Assembly: GCA_002189035.1 (NCBI GenBank)
Contig: CM007991.1
Span: 3,348,001 to 3,412,000 of the forward strand
Origin: Utricularia gibba
Lineage: Eukaryota; Plantae; Magnoliophyta
Direction: 5' to 3'
DNA: 64,000 bases
Position 1 is the stretch's first letter; each line of letters begins with the position of its first letter. Positions 48,109 to 60,435 of this stretch are shown here, one piece after another. The notes beneath the pieces were generated by a model. It did not search any database. It was not told the origin of the DNA and saw only the letters and a program-made list of their open reading frames with translations. The translations under genes and the position numbers were made by a program.

Positions 48109-51100
48109 TCAGCTTATGTTCCCTTGGCATATGTATTTGACCTGCGGGGGAAGAAACAGGAACGCCATGGATGAGTAGAGCTTGAGTTGCTTGAGTAGAG
48201 AATTTAATGGAGGAGGAGGCGTACTTCCAGATACTCGTCCAATCCATATTTGGATCCTTCGCGTCCAAGGCCTGATTGTTTCACACCGCCGAAGGGAGCT
48301 ACCTGCATGGCGTGAAAGTGATTATCCACGAACAGATACCACAAACGTCTTCAACTATTGAATCGTGATGCAGACAAAATTGACCTCTGTGGAAATTAAT
48401 CCTTCATTGACTCCGACTAATCCGTATTCAAGAGCTTCTGGGACGCGCCAAGAACGCTGGATGTTAGTTGTAAAAATGTATGCAGCCAGACCTATAAGAG
48501 GGAGGATATTTTTCATCAAGGTATGTGTTAGGCAAGCAAGAGAAAACAATTGTTTAAGAGCAAGGCTTTTGAGAAGTTTAAGCTTCAGAAGAACCTGCAT
48601 TAGTGTTGTTGGCAATACGAATAGCTTCCTCTTCGGTCTTGAACTTCAGAAGCGGTGCAACAGGCCCAAAAATCTCCTCCCTGGAAGCCAAAATATTGAT
48701 ATTATATCAAAGGTAGCAAATATAAGGATACCATCCACTCTTGGGCAGTACTCATCCTATGGCTGAGGTGAAATATTCAATGAGTGTACTATATTGCTAC
48801 GACTTCCAGAAAGAGATACCTTGACAGAAGCATATCACTTTTGACATCGGTTAAGACTGTAGGCTCATAGAATGTCCTACCAAGACTGTGCCTCTTTCCA
48901 CCAGTAATCACTTTTGCTCCCTGAAACCAAAGAGATCATCATTGCAAACACAATGAGAGCCTTACAGTGGAAGGGGCCTTTTGCAATCTTGTGTTGAATT
49001 TACCAAAAATCGAAGGCAAAGCCTCAGAATTAACTTTTGTCACTTCCTAGGTTGTCGAAATGATCAAAAGTGCAAATGCAGGCTCATTTTATAAAAGATA
49101 AAAGTTACTCATTCTCTCAATCCATTACTATTTTAGCGCTAAATTAATGGAGACACACGATCAAACCTTTGAAATGGCATCTTGCATAAACTTTTCAACC
49201 TGTAGAATATTTCAAAAACAACTCAGTTTTAGGAATCTCCCATCTTGAGCTCATCCAATTCAGGGTGCGTTGACTTACCTTATGTAACGCAGCATCATTA
49301 ATTAAAGGTCCCTGGGTGAAATAAAAAATGAACATTAAGCTCTCTCTATTAGTTGACTAATAGAAGGTTCTGAAGATAAACATACAATAAATTATTAGCC
49401 TGTATGATACGGTGATGAAAACTCAAAATGCGTAATCCTTAAATATATTGAACTGCTGCATACCTGTACCACCCCGTCATCAAAACCATCCCCAACTTTC
49501 ATGCTCCCAACAGCAGCGGATAAGGCATTTGCAAATTTCTCATATATTCCTGCATTAGGCTGTCAATAGAATAAAAAAGATAAAACATAGCAATAGATTT
49601 CAGGATTACCAGAATGCATCTTACCTTCTTGAACTAGCACTCTATTTGCACACACACATGTTTGCCCACTATTCCGAAATTTGGTTGCTAACTGCATTAC
49701 CAGTTTTATCACTTGTACAATGTTCATAATCAGTGAACAACAGAAACAACAAGCATATTACTTCATATACAAATGATTTCAAAACATGATAGCAGCAGCT
49801 CCATTTTTTTCCATTTCATGCTATACAAAAAAAACAAAAAGCAACAAGCATATTATTCCATATACAAATGATCTCAAAAAAGAACAGCAGGAACCCCTTT
49901 ATTTTTTTTTCCATTTCATGCTATACCACATAACCATGGTGTTCAGAATTTTGAAAATCGTCCATCACAAAGGCTTAGTTCTTGTGTAAGAATTAGAGAT
50001 ACAAAGAAGGAATGATCGCACGGATCCTAATAAAGGGATTGCAATAACAAGAGAATGTGATTGACTTACAGTTCCCTTTACAGCAACATCAAGATCTGCA
50101 TCATCAAAAACAATGCATGGTGCATTGCCGCCAAGTTCAAGGGACACCTAGCATGATAGTAAAAGGAAATTCACACACTCCGGATTCTAAGGATACAGAA
50201 ATTTAAATCTTACCTTTTTAACAGTTGATGCAGCTCCACTCATTAGCTTTTTCCCAACAGCTGTTGAACCTGTGAAAGTAATCTTTCTCACCTATAAATA
50301 CAGAGTCTTCAACATAGGCTTTGAAATGGCAATCTAAGACTAATAAAAATATATTTTGAAAACCTGAGGGCTTGCCAGCAAAGCATCTCCAATCTTAGGT
50401 GCATCTCCCATTACAACATTTACTGCACCCTGTTGTGTAGAAAAAATGATTATAAGAAAAAATAAGACAAACAAGGAGAAAAATCATCCATATTTCGCCA
50501 AGCCTTATTGGTACCAAAAGCTAAGGCTAGCAACATAGCTCATGCTTTCCACTGAAAGATTCACCAGCCGAAGAGAATTAAAAAACCACACGTGTTTTCA
50601 CAAAAAAGTGATTACCAAATTATTGTGGATAGCTCAAGCCACCGCTTTCTTATTCCTCTTTAAGTTCATACCAATTTCAGAGAAACAAAATTTCCCAGTA
50701 TGTGTACAGCTCTTATCTGCATAAGGTGCTCAGAATTTACCGGTGGTATCCCAGCTTGGATAGACAGCTCAGCTGCGGCTAATGCTGTCAATGGTGTAAA
50801 TTCAGAAGGTTTAATCACAACAGTGCATCCACAAGCAAGGGCAGGAGCAACCTGGAAGATTTTGCTAAATGAATAAAAGGAAATCACATGTCAAAGAATT
50901 GTAATACAACAAGCCCTTTGACCTTCCGTGTTATCATCGCCAAAGGGAAGTTCCAGGGTGTAATAGCACCAACAACACCAACTGGCTGCAACAAAAATTT
51001 CCACTTTTTAAATCTAGCCATTAAATCAATGCCGCTCAAATTTTCCAAGCCACACAACATCAGTAAGGTAGCTACTCTATTCAGGATAAAGTAAAGGATT

Positions 51101-52743
51101 ATATTAAGCCAAATACAGATGCATACAGATTTCCTTATGCGGTAAAAGATAAACTAAAGAAGTATCTTCACGTATAGTGGAACGACCACAATTAGGAATG
51201 CTGAATGGGGATGTAAAATAATGATTTTGGGATTCCTGTAAGCATCTTTATCCATAGCTGACAGAAGCTAAGAAAACGTATCCATGTTTATGGTCAATCT
51301 AAGATGTAAATGTTTCACTTCGAGATCACATACCAAAACACTCTTTAAGGGGAATTATTCAATCAACGTTGGGAACCGCTTAACCTGCTTCAGGACAAAC
51401 AAACGGCGGTCAGATGATGTCGCAGGGATGATGTCACCATACACTCTCTTGGCCTCTTCAGCATAGAATTCTACAAAACTCGCCCCGTAGTTAACCTGTG
51501 AATCGCATGCTTTCCTAAAATGTTTCAACGAAAATAAGAATAGTAATTTTTTCTTACAAAATCAATAACTAATTCACCTCCCCAATGGCCTCTTTTAAAG
51601 GTTTTCCTTGCTCTAAGGTCATAAGTTGCCCAAGCTCTTCCTTCCGGCTAACTATCAAGTCATACCATTTCCTTAAGCATTTGCTCCTTTCAGCAGCAGT
51701 GAGCTTGCTCCAAGCTTCATTTACAGTTGTTGAGTGCAATCAATTGGATTGAAGAAAATATGTTCTCTCAACTTATCAGTGAACAACGATGTAGAAATCA
51801 GAATCTGGAAGCGAATTTATACACCGTAGAGTTCATTTTTACTTTCTAGTCAAGTCAATAAGGAAATTTTTTCTCCGCAAAACACAAATGATAGTTGCGC
51901 TAAGAATCTAACAGGTGTTCTAATACCTGAATGAATTATACAAAAAAAGAAAAAAAAATACTATAGCATCGGAAGGACAGGAGACTCACCAGGAAATGCT
52001 TCTTGAGCTGCCGCAATGGCATCATTTGTCTCCTTGCTGCCCATACAAGCAACATTCGTTATGACCTCCCCGGTTGCAGGATTGATAACCTGCAGCAAAT
52101 ATTGGATGAATGATGGTAGATAGGGAAAAAAATCAATAGTTCTTCTGTCGCACAACAGTGATGAGTGCCTAACCTCAAGACTTTTCCCATCATACGCGTC
52201 CACCCATTTCCCTCCGATAAAACCTTGACTTCGTATCAACCCTGCACTCTTCAGACGTTCAGCAGCGTTTTTTGATTCTGTAGACATCTGCAGTAAGGTA
52301 AACATAATCATATACAACTAAAATCACTAAAATGTGTAGCGTGAAATGGGATCAAGCAATTGCTAGTGATAGAGACAACATTATCATGAAAACATTTCAA
52401 ACTCACAGACAACATAAATAACTCAATCACCAAAGAAATACATTCTCCGATCAAAATTAGATCACAAGCCATAATAAAATCATGCATTACATCACCAAAT
52501 TGCGATCATAGAGAAGGCATAAAAATTACATTCTCAGATACAAAACAGCACTCCGAATCAAATCCCCGCACGCGATATTGAACCAAAAAAAAAACACAGT
52601 AACCAATCAAAACACGCCTAAAACATAACCTGGCGGGAATATATAGCAGCCTTTACAACGCCGTGGCGACGACAAGCTACGAATCGAGGAAAGAGAGATC
52701 TGCAGCGGTACAAGGCCATGCCGGCATCCACGCGTCCGCCCAT
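48109..52743 (-). CDS. ALDH5F1: Mitochondrial succinate-semialdehyde dehydrogenase
   Basis: Many small exons: [105 protein letters not shown]. In-frame ATGs at 52743 and 52719. Confidence 0.92.
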
Positions 52744-53187
52744 CGTCACTACACACAGACAAACGTAAGCCGCCTTGCTGTTCGAGTTTCACCACGTCGC
52801 ATCCGCTGTATATATATTTAATTGCACCTTCCAATTTATCATTTCATAACATTTTTAACCTTATCCGCATGAGCGACAACTGTGTGTGTGTGAAAATGAC
52901 ATAATTCTGCCAATGTTCCAAATAGGGGGTGTACAATCGGTGCTTGATTGATTCGTTTGAGCTGGTCAATTGGCCATATTAATAGTAATTATTATTATTA
53001 TAATTATATCAAATTTATATTGTGCAATTATTTGGGCCGGGCTTATTCTGAGGAGAAGATGGGCTTAAGTAGGCCCAAGACCAATCAACAAAATAGTAAA
53101 TCAAGTCCAGTCACAAAACGCATGCTCGAGGAAGGGATCAGCCTTTCAAATTTCGAGGTTCCCGAGGACTGTAACTCAGCCACTTGA

Positions 53188-53580
53188 TTAGGATGACGGC
53201 GACGAGGAAGTAGCCCGGCGAACAGCATTCCAAATTTGAGCCACTCCAGACCAGATACCAGCGGAGGCGACTCCGAGAGCAAGAGCCTGCGGATAACTAG
53301 GCTTCGAGTCCAGTTTCATTTCCAGATGGATCAATCGAGAATTTAGAGAGTCGATTTTCGCTCCGGTTGCATCCACTGGTTTTCTTCGGCGATTAGCGGC
53401 GACGCTACGAACCAGCGCTCCTTGGAGATCTTCAATGACTTTGAGAGATGCTTCTTGGTTTCCCATTCCTTGTTTCTCGTAGTAGGATACCATCTCTCCA
53501 GGTGTAGGCATTGATCTGCTCTTCCTCTTGTTGTCGTTCCGTTTACTCTCCTCCGGCGGCGGCGCTTGCTCTTGCTCCAT
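53188..53580 (-). CDS. Uncharacterised 130-aa plant protein with coiled coil and C-terminal hydrophobic segment
   Basis: Single-exon ORF from ATG 53580: PTPGEMVSYYEKQGM..QEASLKVIEDLQ, NSRLIHLEMKLDSKPSYPQALALGVAS. Shares a short divergent promoter with the next gene. Confidence 0.65.
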   Translation of the reverse strand: MEQEQAPPPEESKRNDNKRKSRSMPTPGEMVSYYEKQGMGNQEASLKVIEDLQGALVRSVAANRRRKPVDATGAKIDSLNSRLIHLEMKLDSKPSYPQALALGVASAGIWSGVAQIWNAVRRATSSSPSS

Positions 53581-53970
53581 GACTTGAGTGAATGAAATGC
53601 AAAATTGCAAAGTACGAAAAAATCGCCTCTACGAAGAAAAAACCCTAGCGTAAATTGCATTTATTTGGGGACTGTTTTCTGGATAAGGTAAGCATCAGGT
53701 GTAGCATGAGTGGGCTGGATAAATTCGTGATGTAGTTGGCGGGAAAATCGCCAAGGGCACAATACAAATCGGGCTAATGGGTCATCTCTGGGCTCATAAA
53801 GGGCCTTGGCCCAATAACGTAACCGCATATTCGCATCGTCCTGCGCGCCGAGTTTCTTCTCATTGAAGAGACGCGAGTTCTTTCTTCATTTTTTAGATCG
53901 AACTTCGCGACATGCCCCTCCTTCCTCTGGCCACGACACGGACTTCTCCGATTGACGACAACAGGATTGA

Positions 53971-56900
53971 ATGATGCTTCTTCGCCTCGGCGTTCGCCTT
54001 CCCTATCTTCGCCGCGCTGCCTATTCCTCATCTCCGATTTCCGGTAGTCCCTTGGATTCCCGCGCCGAAGCCAAGAATCAGCGAATTCCCCCTCTACCAG
54101 TTGTCAGTCGTGATCATCATCCTTATAAAATTCCAAATCGTCTTTCATTTTTACCCAAGGCCTCCATAGTGGCCGTCACCGTTTCTTTGGCCACCGTCCT
54201 CGCCGTCTACACATACAAGGATAACGATGGGTCCGAGACGCGGGAAGTGAAGAAATCATTTTATTCTGAAGTCGAAAATGCTATGGAGAAATCTAATGAA
54301 TCGGTTAACAAGTTATGGAATAAAATGAAACAAACCGGTGTGGCGGCGTCCGTCTTGTGGCAGTCATTGAGTTCGGTGATGTGGTCGGCGAACCACGAGG
54401 TTAGGGCTGGGTTTGAGCTGCGTGTAGCGGCGTTATTGGCTGATATTGTGGCCGCAAGCGAGAGCCGTCGGGCGGCGATTGTTGCTGCAGGAGGTGGTGC
54501 AGTGGTTGATTGGTTGTTGGAAACTGTTGCTGTCTCCAAAGACGGAAATGGAACCCAGTCTGAATCTGCTAGGGCATTAGCGTGCTTAATAGCTGACCCA
54601 AATGTGTGTGAGGCTGTTCTTGGGCGGCCTCATGCTGTTCCGAATTTGTTGAGGTTCATTTTCTCTGCTCAGCCTAGGCGGTCAAAGAAGGTAAAGTAGC
54701 TTTCAGCTGATGAGTTAGTCGAGTAAAATTTATAGTCTTCTTATTTAGTTTTGTGGATGTATCGAAAGGCTGATATATCTCAAAAAGGAGAGTAAATGGT
54801 TAGTATTTTTCATTTTAATATTTAGTTTAATTGGTAGATGTTTTCAAATACAAACGATGCACCATGCTGAAAACTCGCAGGTTACCTCTCATTCTCCAGG
54901 GTAGTATCACTAGTACGAGTCTTTGTTGTCACTATCAATGCGTGTCATGATGAAGATGAATTCTTTACGTCTTTTTTTGATGGGATAATTTCTGTTTTTT
55001 GGCTTTTCATTGTTGAAATTATGTGGTACTCTATAGTGTTTCATTGACGTACTATATTGACACAGAGCAGAAAATAAGACACAGCTCTCTTGTTGTCCCG
55101 GATAAGGGTAAGAGCATGCTTGTTGCTGCAATAATGGATGTTGTCACCTCTAGTTGCGCCAGTGTTGATAAAGTATCATTTAGTCCTCTGCTGCCTAAAA
55201 ATGCTGAAATGAGGGATATTGCAGCTGCTATTGAAGTAGTTGAAGAAGGAAACTTGCATTGGGATGAGCAACATGATGATGATGATGATGATGATGATGG
55301 GAACAAAGGGTTGAAGGGTATTGGAATTAAGGTCCTCGGTGGCACCACTGTCTTGGGCTTTCAGGTGCAGCTTCCTGGTCTAATGGGTGGAGGATGGTTC
55401 TGGTTTTTATGGCCCTATAGATGATGCGGAAATGCAAAATACAATACTGCTTAAGAAGGTGGTGGAAACACCCACAGCACGGTCGAATCTGTCGTCTGCT
55501 GTAGTTCCAGGACTATGGGATGATTTGCATTCTGAATATGTGGCAGTCCCATTTGCCACATGGGCTTTAGCCAATTGGGCAATGGCATCTGAAAAGAATC
55601 GTTCTCATATCAGAGAACTTGATCAGGATGGATTTGTCGTTAAGAATGCTTTATCAGCTCCAGAGAGATCAGTAAAATGGCATGGAAGTTGGCTTGCTCA
55701 ATTACTCTTAGAGGACCTGAATTTGCCCTTAAATGATTCTGTTTCAGATTGGACTTCTTCTCTTCTTTCTAATATTTCTCAAGCAAGCAAGGCTCAAGAT
55801 ATACCATTGGTTCAGGTGTCATCATCTGCATTATTGGTTGCCATTGGGAGATGCAGTGAAACTCATGAGTTGGTAATGGATGAAGATCTTTATTTGATCA
55901 GAGAAGCAGCGAAACAGACTGTTAAGCATAAATCTGTGCAAGAGACATTGGCAAAAGCTTTGGAGCTGTTGTGTTCCAAGGGGTTGCATATGTCACTTGA
56001 AGAGACCCAAAAATGGTCATCAGTTCTACTATCTTGGGTATTTGGTAACAACACGTCTGATAGAATCAGGTCATCAGCTATAAACATCCTTTCACATATT
56101 CTTGACGATTATGGGCCGTCCTCTATTCCAACTTCTCAAGCATGGCTGACTTTCTTGCTCTCTGAGGTTTTAATTTGCAAGAAATCATCATTAACCAAGG
56201 AGAATACTGAGGCTACAAATGATAAAGTAAAGGTAAGACTCTATGTTGAATGAGAACCTTGGTGAAGTTTTTGTGTGTTGTGTCTGTGTAGTGGTTTTTG
56301 GGATAAATTCTAAGCTTCTCCTTTACAGACACAAATTGACATGGCAAATGTTTCTTCAGCAACACAAACAACAAATCTGTTGGCAAACGCTGTTGTTAAC
56401 TTAGCCGGAATGCAGTTTGGAGCATCCACTGATGGTCCTGAGAAGTTTCCACTAGCTGATCTCCTCTCAGTTGAACCCTTTTCTGGACCATTCAAAAATC
56501 TGAAGAAGGTCAAAGCTCCAAAAATTACAGCTGCAGATTCTGCACTAGCCACTCGCAAAGGAGTAAAAGCACTAACTGAATTATGTGCTGAAGATCCTAT
56601 ATGTCAGCAGAAAATTGCCAATTTTGGTGTATTACATATAATCAGGCGTCTTTTGCTTGAAGATGATTATGAACAGCTTGCTGCAATTGAAGCATACGAT
56701 GCTTCTAGAGCTTTGGAGTCACGTGAGAGGACATCTTCACCAGATGGTGATTCTTCTGCTGTTGATTCTCAAGTGCCTTCAAATCGGGTGCCAGATACTG
56801 CTCATGTCCGGAGGCATGCAATGCATCTTCTTACTGTTCTTTCTGCCATTCCAGATGTCCAGAAAGCAATTGCAGCGGACAATTGTTGGTCTAAGTGGCT

Positions 56901-58809
56901 GGAAGAATGTGCTCGAGGGAATATTCCTGGTTGCAACGATGTTAAAATACAAAGTTTCTGCAGAGCAACTCTCTTGAATTCTTTTTGTTGCAATCCATCC
57001 AACTGGAATCAGAAAAGTGATTCTATTCAAGAAAAAAAGTCCTCAAGACAGAAAAGGAGGTGTCCATACTATGCTGACATGATTTTTCTAATTAATCCTG
57101 AGCTGGAACACTGGAAGTGTATACAACACGGGAAGCCTGAAGACAATGATGAATCATCTATCCCTGTTGACTCCTCCCAAAGGGAGAACATAGATTTGCC
57201 TACAGTTATGGGAGTTATAATAATGCTTCTACTTCGGGCCTACAAGTTCGAGCATTGAGATTCCTCCATTTGATGTTGTTTTTGTTCATGGCATCCGTGG
57301 AGGTCCATTTAAAAGTTGGAGACTGTCTGAGGATAAGTACTCAACGAAATCGGGGCTTGTTGAGAAGATTGATGAAGAAGCAGGGAAGCAAGGAACCTTC
57401 TGGCCTGGAGAATGGCTAGGAGCTGACTTTCCTCATGCCCGCATGTTCAGTCTTAAGTACAAGGTCAGTTTGGTTTCAGAATGCATGGTTTAAATGAGAA
57501 AACATAAAATCTTTCTTGATTCTCTGTTTGTGTACGTAAAAATAATTTAAGAACCGAATCAGAAAGCGTTTGCTTTCGAATCACTGAATACTCGAGTTCC
57601 TTTTTGTCGGTTCTAAATCCTTGCGCTGCTGAACAATGCAGACAAATCTTACGCAGTGGTCTGGAGCTAGTCTGCCACTTCAGGTCCGTAATTGTTTCAT
57701 CAATATCAAAAAATACTGAGCCCATTTACGGTAATTAACGAGTTAGATTAGCTCTTAAGTTCCTTGGTTTATCAGGAAGTTAGCTCTATGCTGTTAGACA
57801 AGCTAATTGCCGCAGGAATTGGAGATCGACCAGTTATATTTGTGACACACAGGCAAGATATATTTAAACCTGCATTAGATCCCATTTTCGTCAAGCCTCA
57901 TACATTCCAACCAAAATGTTATTTGCATGCATGAACCCGCAGTATGGGAGGGCTTGTGGTGAAGCAGATACTATCTCAAGCGAAGGCAGAAAACATACAT
58001 AATATCGTTGACAATACAGTCGGAGTTGTATGTTCTCTTCCAAATGTCACGTATCTTCATGTAGTTTCTTGCTGCTGATATTTACGAAATAGAGTTTATA
58101 TTTCCTTATGAGTTTCAGGTTTTCTACAGCTGCCCACATTTTGGCAGTAAGCTTGCAGACGTGCCATGCCGCATGGGTATTGTTTTACGCCCTGCACCAA
58201 CGGTAATTTTTTTTTTACATACCTGATTAAAATCTCATGTTCCATGATTCTCTTTCTGATTCAACACGATCTAAACAAATCTAGCACTAAAAGGGTCTTT
58301 CCTCTCAACCTTCCCTGAGCTTGTGAAAATGAATATGCCCAGATAGGAGAATTAAGGAGCGGATCTCCGCGGTTGGTGGATCTGAATGACTTGCTACGCC
58401 ATCGTTACAAAAAGAAGCTGCTTGACGTCCTGAGTTTCTGTGAGGTAACATACTGGTTGTCTTCGTTCTGTTTGTGGCACACATAAGTTGAGCACATCCG
58501 GAATTCTTCTCTGCAGACAATGGTTACCCCGATTGTGGAAGGCTACGGAGGCTGGGCTTTACGGATGGAGATTGTACCGATGGAATCAGCTTATCCTGGA
58601 TTCGGGGAACTTGTTGTATGTCTTCTTCCTCAACGTTAATCAAAACTCAATCCACTTTTCTCTCACCTCATCTTCTGTGGGTGCAGGTTCTGGATTCCAC
58701 AGACCATATAAACTCTTGCAAGCCTGTGAACAAATCAGATCCCTCGTATAAGAACACACTCGAGTTCCTGCAAAAGCTGAGGTCTCGCATGGCCGAAAAG
58801 GCATCCTAA
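53971..58809 (+). CDS. ARM-repeat plus C-terminal alpha/beta-hydrolase protein (SERAC1-like), probable organellar transit peptide
   Basis: HEVRAGFELRVAALLADI, VVPGLWDDLH, FDVVFVHGIRGGPFKSW, FWPGEWL, FVTHSMGGLVVK, FYSCPHFGSKLA, STDHINSCKP. Four apparent G-run contractions (55355-57, 55385-87, 57210-12, 57236-38). Confidence 0.82.
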
Positions 58810-58999
58810 ATTGGTAGGTGGTCATTGATCTGCCGCCCCAGAGCTACACAATTTGACTAATTTTTTTTCCCTCTCATGTTGTACATTAAACATATATATA
58901 TAAGCATTGCAATGTTTTCTATAGATTATATATATGTGTGTGAAAAGTATTCATCACTACTGTTGCTCAAAACTTGCTCTTGGCTCCGAGTTCCAGCTT

Positions 59000-59932
59000 T
59001 CAAGCATTTGTGGAGATAAAATGACAGCCATGATAACCTGAAAGAGATTTCAATCATCAGTCCTCAGGAGTTGGAAGAGATCCTAGAATAATGTGACGGG
59101 AAGTTTACTTGGATCCACTGTGACTAGCAAAGCTGTGCCTCCGAAGTCACACGTACCGCCGGCGGCCTTGGTGAGTTGCCAGTAGCTATTGAAAGCATAG
59201 GATGCATGAGCGAACAGTGTCTCCGGCTGGAAGCAGGGGCGTCCTGGGAGAATCTCGTTGCAGTCGGCGCCGGAGCCGCACGCGTAGTTCATCGCCTCTT
59301 GGATGATTGGGTCCGGGACCGCCGCCTTAGCCACGCACCACGTCGCTGTGAATGGTTCACTGTACGGCGGCGGTGGTGCGGACGGAGGAGTATAGACTAT
59401 CGGTGGTAGGAACCTCGGGGTCGGGGTTAACAGAGATGGCACGCTATAAGGTGGACTTGGTTCGTAGTTGTAAGGAGGGGGGCTCAAGGACGGGGGAGAC
59501 GGCGGCATGTTTATGATCCCTGGCGGACTCGATGGTGGTGTTGGAAACATCGCCGGAGGATTTGGAAGTACGAAAGGAGGAGCTTCGATGATTGAGGGTG
59601 GAGCGTTGGAGGAAGTAGACGGCGGCGGTGAGGGGCTGTAAACCGCTGCCGGAGAAGGAGGTTGAAGGGAGTCGTAGGGCGGGAAGTTGTAAGGTGAACT
59701 GATGTACGGTTTAGAGATAGGAGATTCGAAAGCTGCAAAACCAAGCTTCCGTATATCCATCGCCGCCTCTGAACAAAGAACATGCATACAATAATACTTT
59801 ACAGAGGAATAAAGAGACAAAAATCAACGTCTGTTGCCAGAAAAAAATGGTCGCCGAAATACTACCAGATGATCGGAGAAGGCGGAAAACCGTCGCCAAG
59901 GCAAGAAAGGAGAGGACCCGAACAGCCTTCAT
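59000..59932 (-). CDS. Secreted Pro-rich X8 (CBM43, callose-binding) domain protein
   Basis: Signal-peptide exon from 59932, Pro/Ser-rich stretch, WCVAK...IQEAMNYACGSGADC..I.PG.PCFQPETLFAHASYAFNSYWQ...GGTCDFGGTA. Last exon YHGCHFISTNA* ends at 59000. Confidence 0.85.
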
Positions 59933-60320
59933 ACCACTAAGCGCACCAATGAGGGGCGGCGGCGCGTGAGAAGGAAGAGGATTAAGCAGTGAGTGGTCAG
60001 TGAGGGAGACTGAAGATTATGTAGGAAGACGACGCGTGATTTGAGGGAGCAATACTTGGCTTTCTTTCTGTTAATTGGGTCGGCAGTGATCGGCGGGAAT
60101 CTCTACTTGCCTTGGCACCCGAGAAGTTTGGGGATTACGCTCGTTCTTTTTGATGGCTTTCTTCTTTCTTACTCAAAGGCTCCTGCCGCCGTCGCCGCCG
60201 TGATCAGTTGAGTTTCAGCGCCGACCGGACATGTGACCTTCATATTCTCAGGCCCATACATTAAAAAGCCCAGGCCCGTAAACATTTCAAATTAAAACAA
60301 TTTAAAATGACTTTCAGAAT

Positions 60321-60339
60321 CCAACGGGCAAGTAAACGG
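60321..60339 (+). promoter_or_regulatory. Two MSA-like AACGG cores upstream of the cyclin B3 gene
   Basis: AACGG at 60323-60327 and 60335-60339, about 100 nt before the ATG. MSA/MYB3R elements are established for B-type cyclin promoters. Confidence 0.5.
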
Positions 60340-60435
60340 ACATATATATGGCTTGAACCAGAAGGAGACCGGCGATTTTGCGCTCGTGTTCTTGAAGAAT
60401 TCACACGCGTAGCTGGGATCCTGCCGCCGGGAGAT

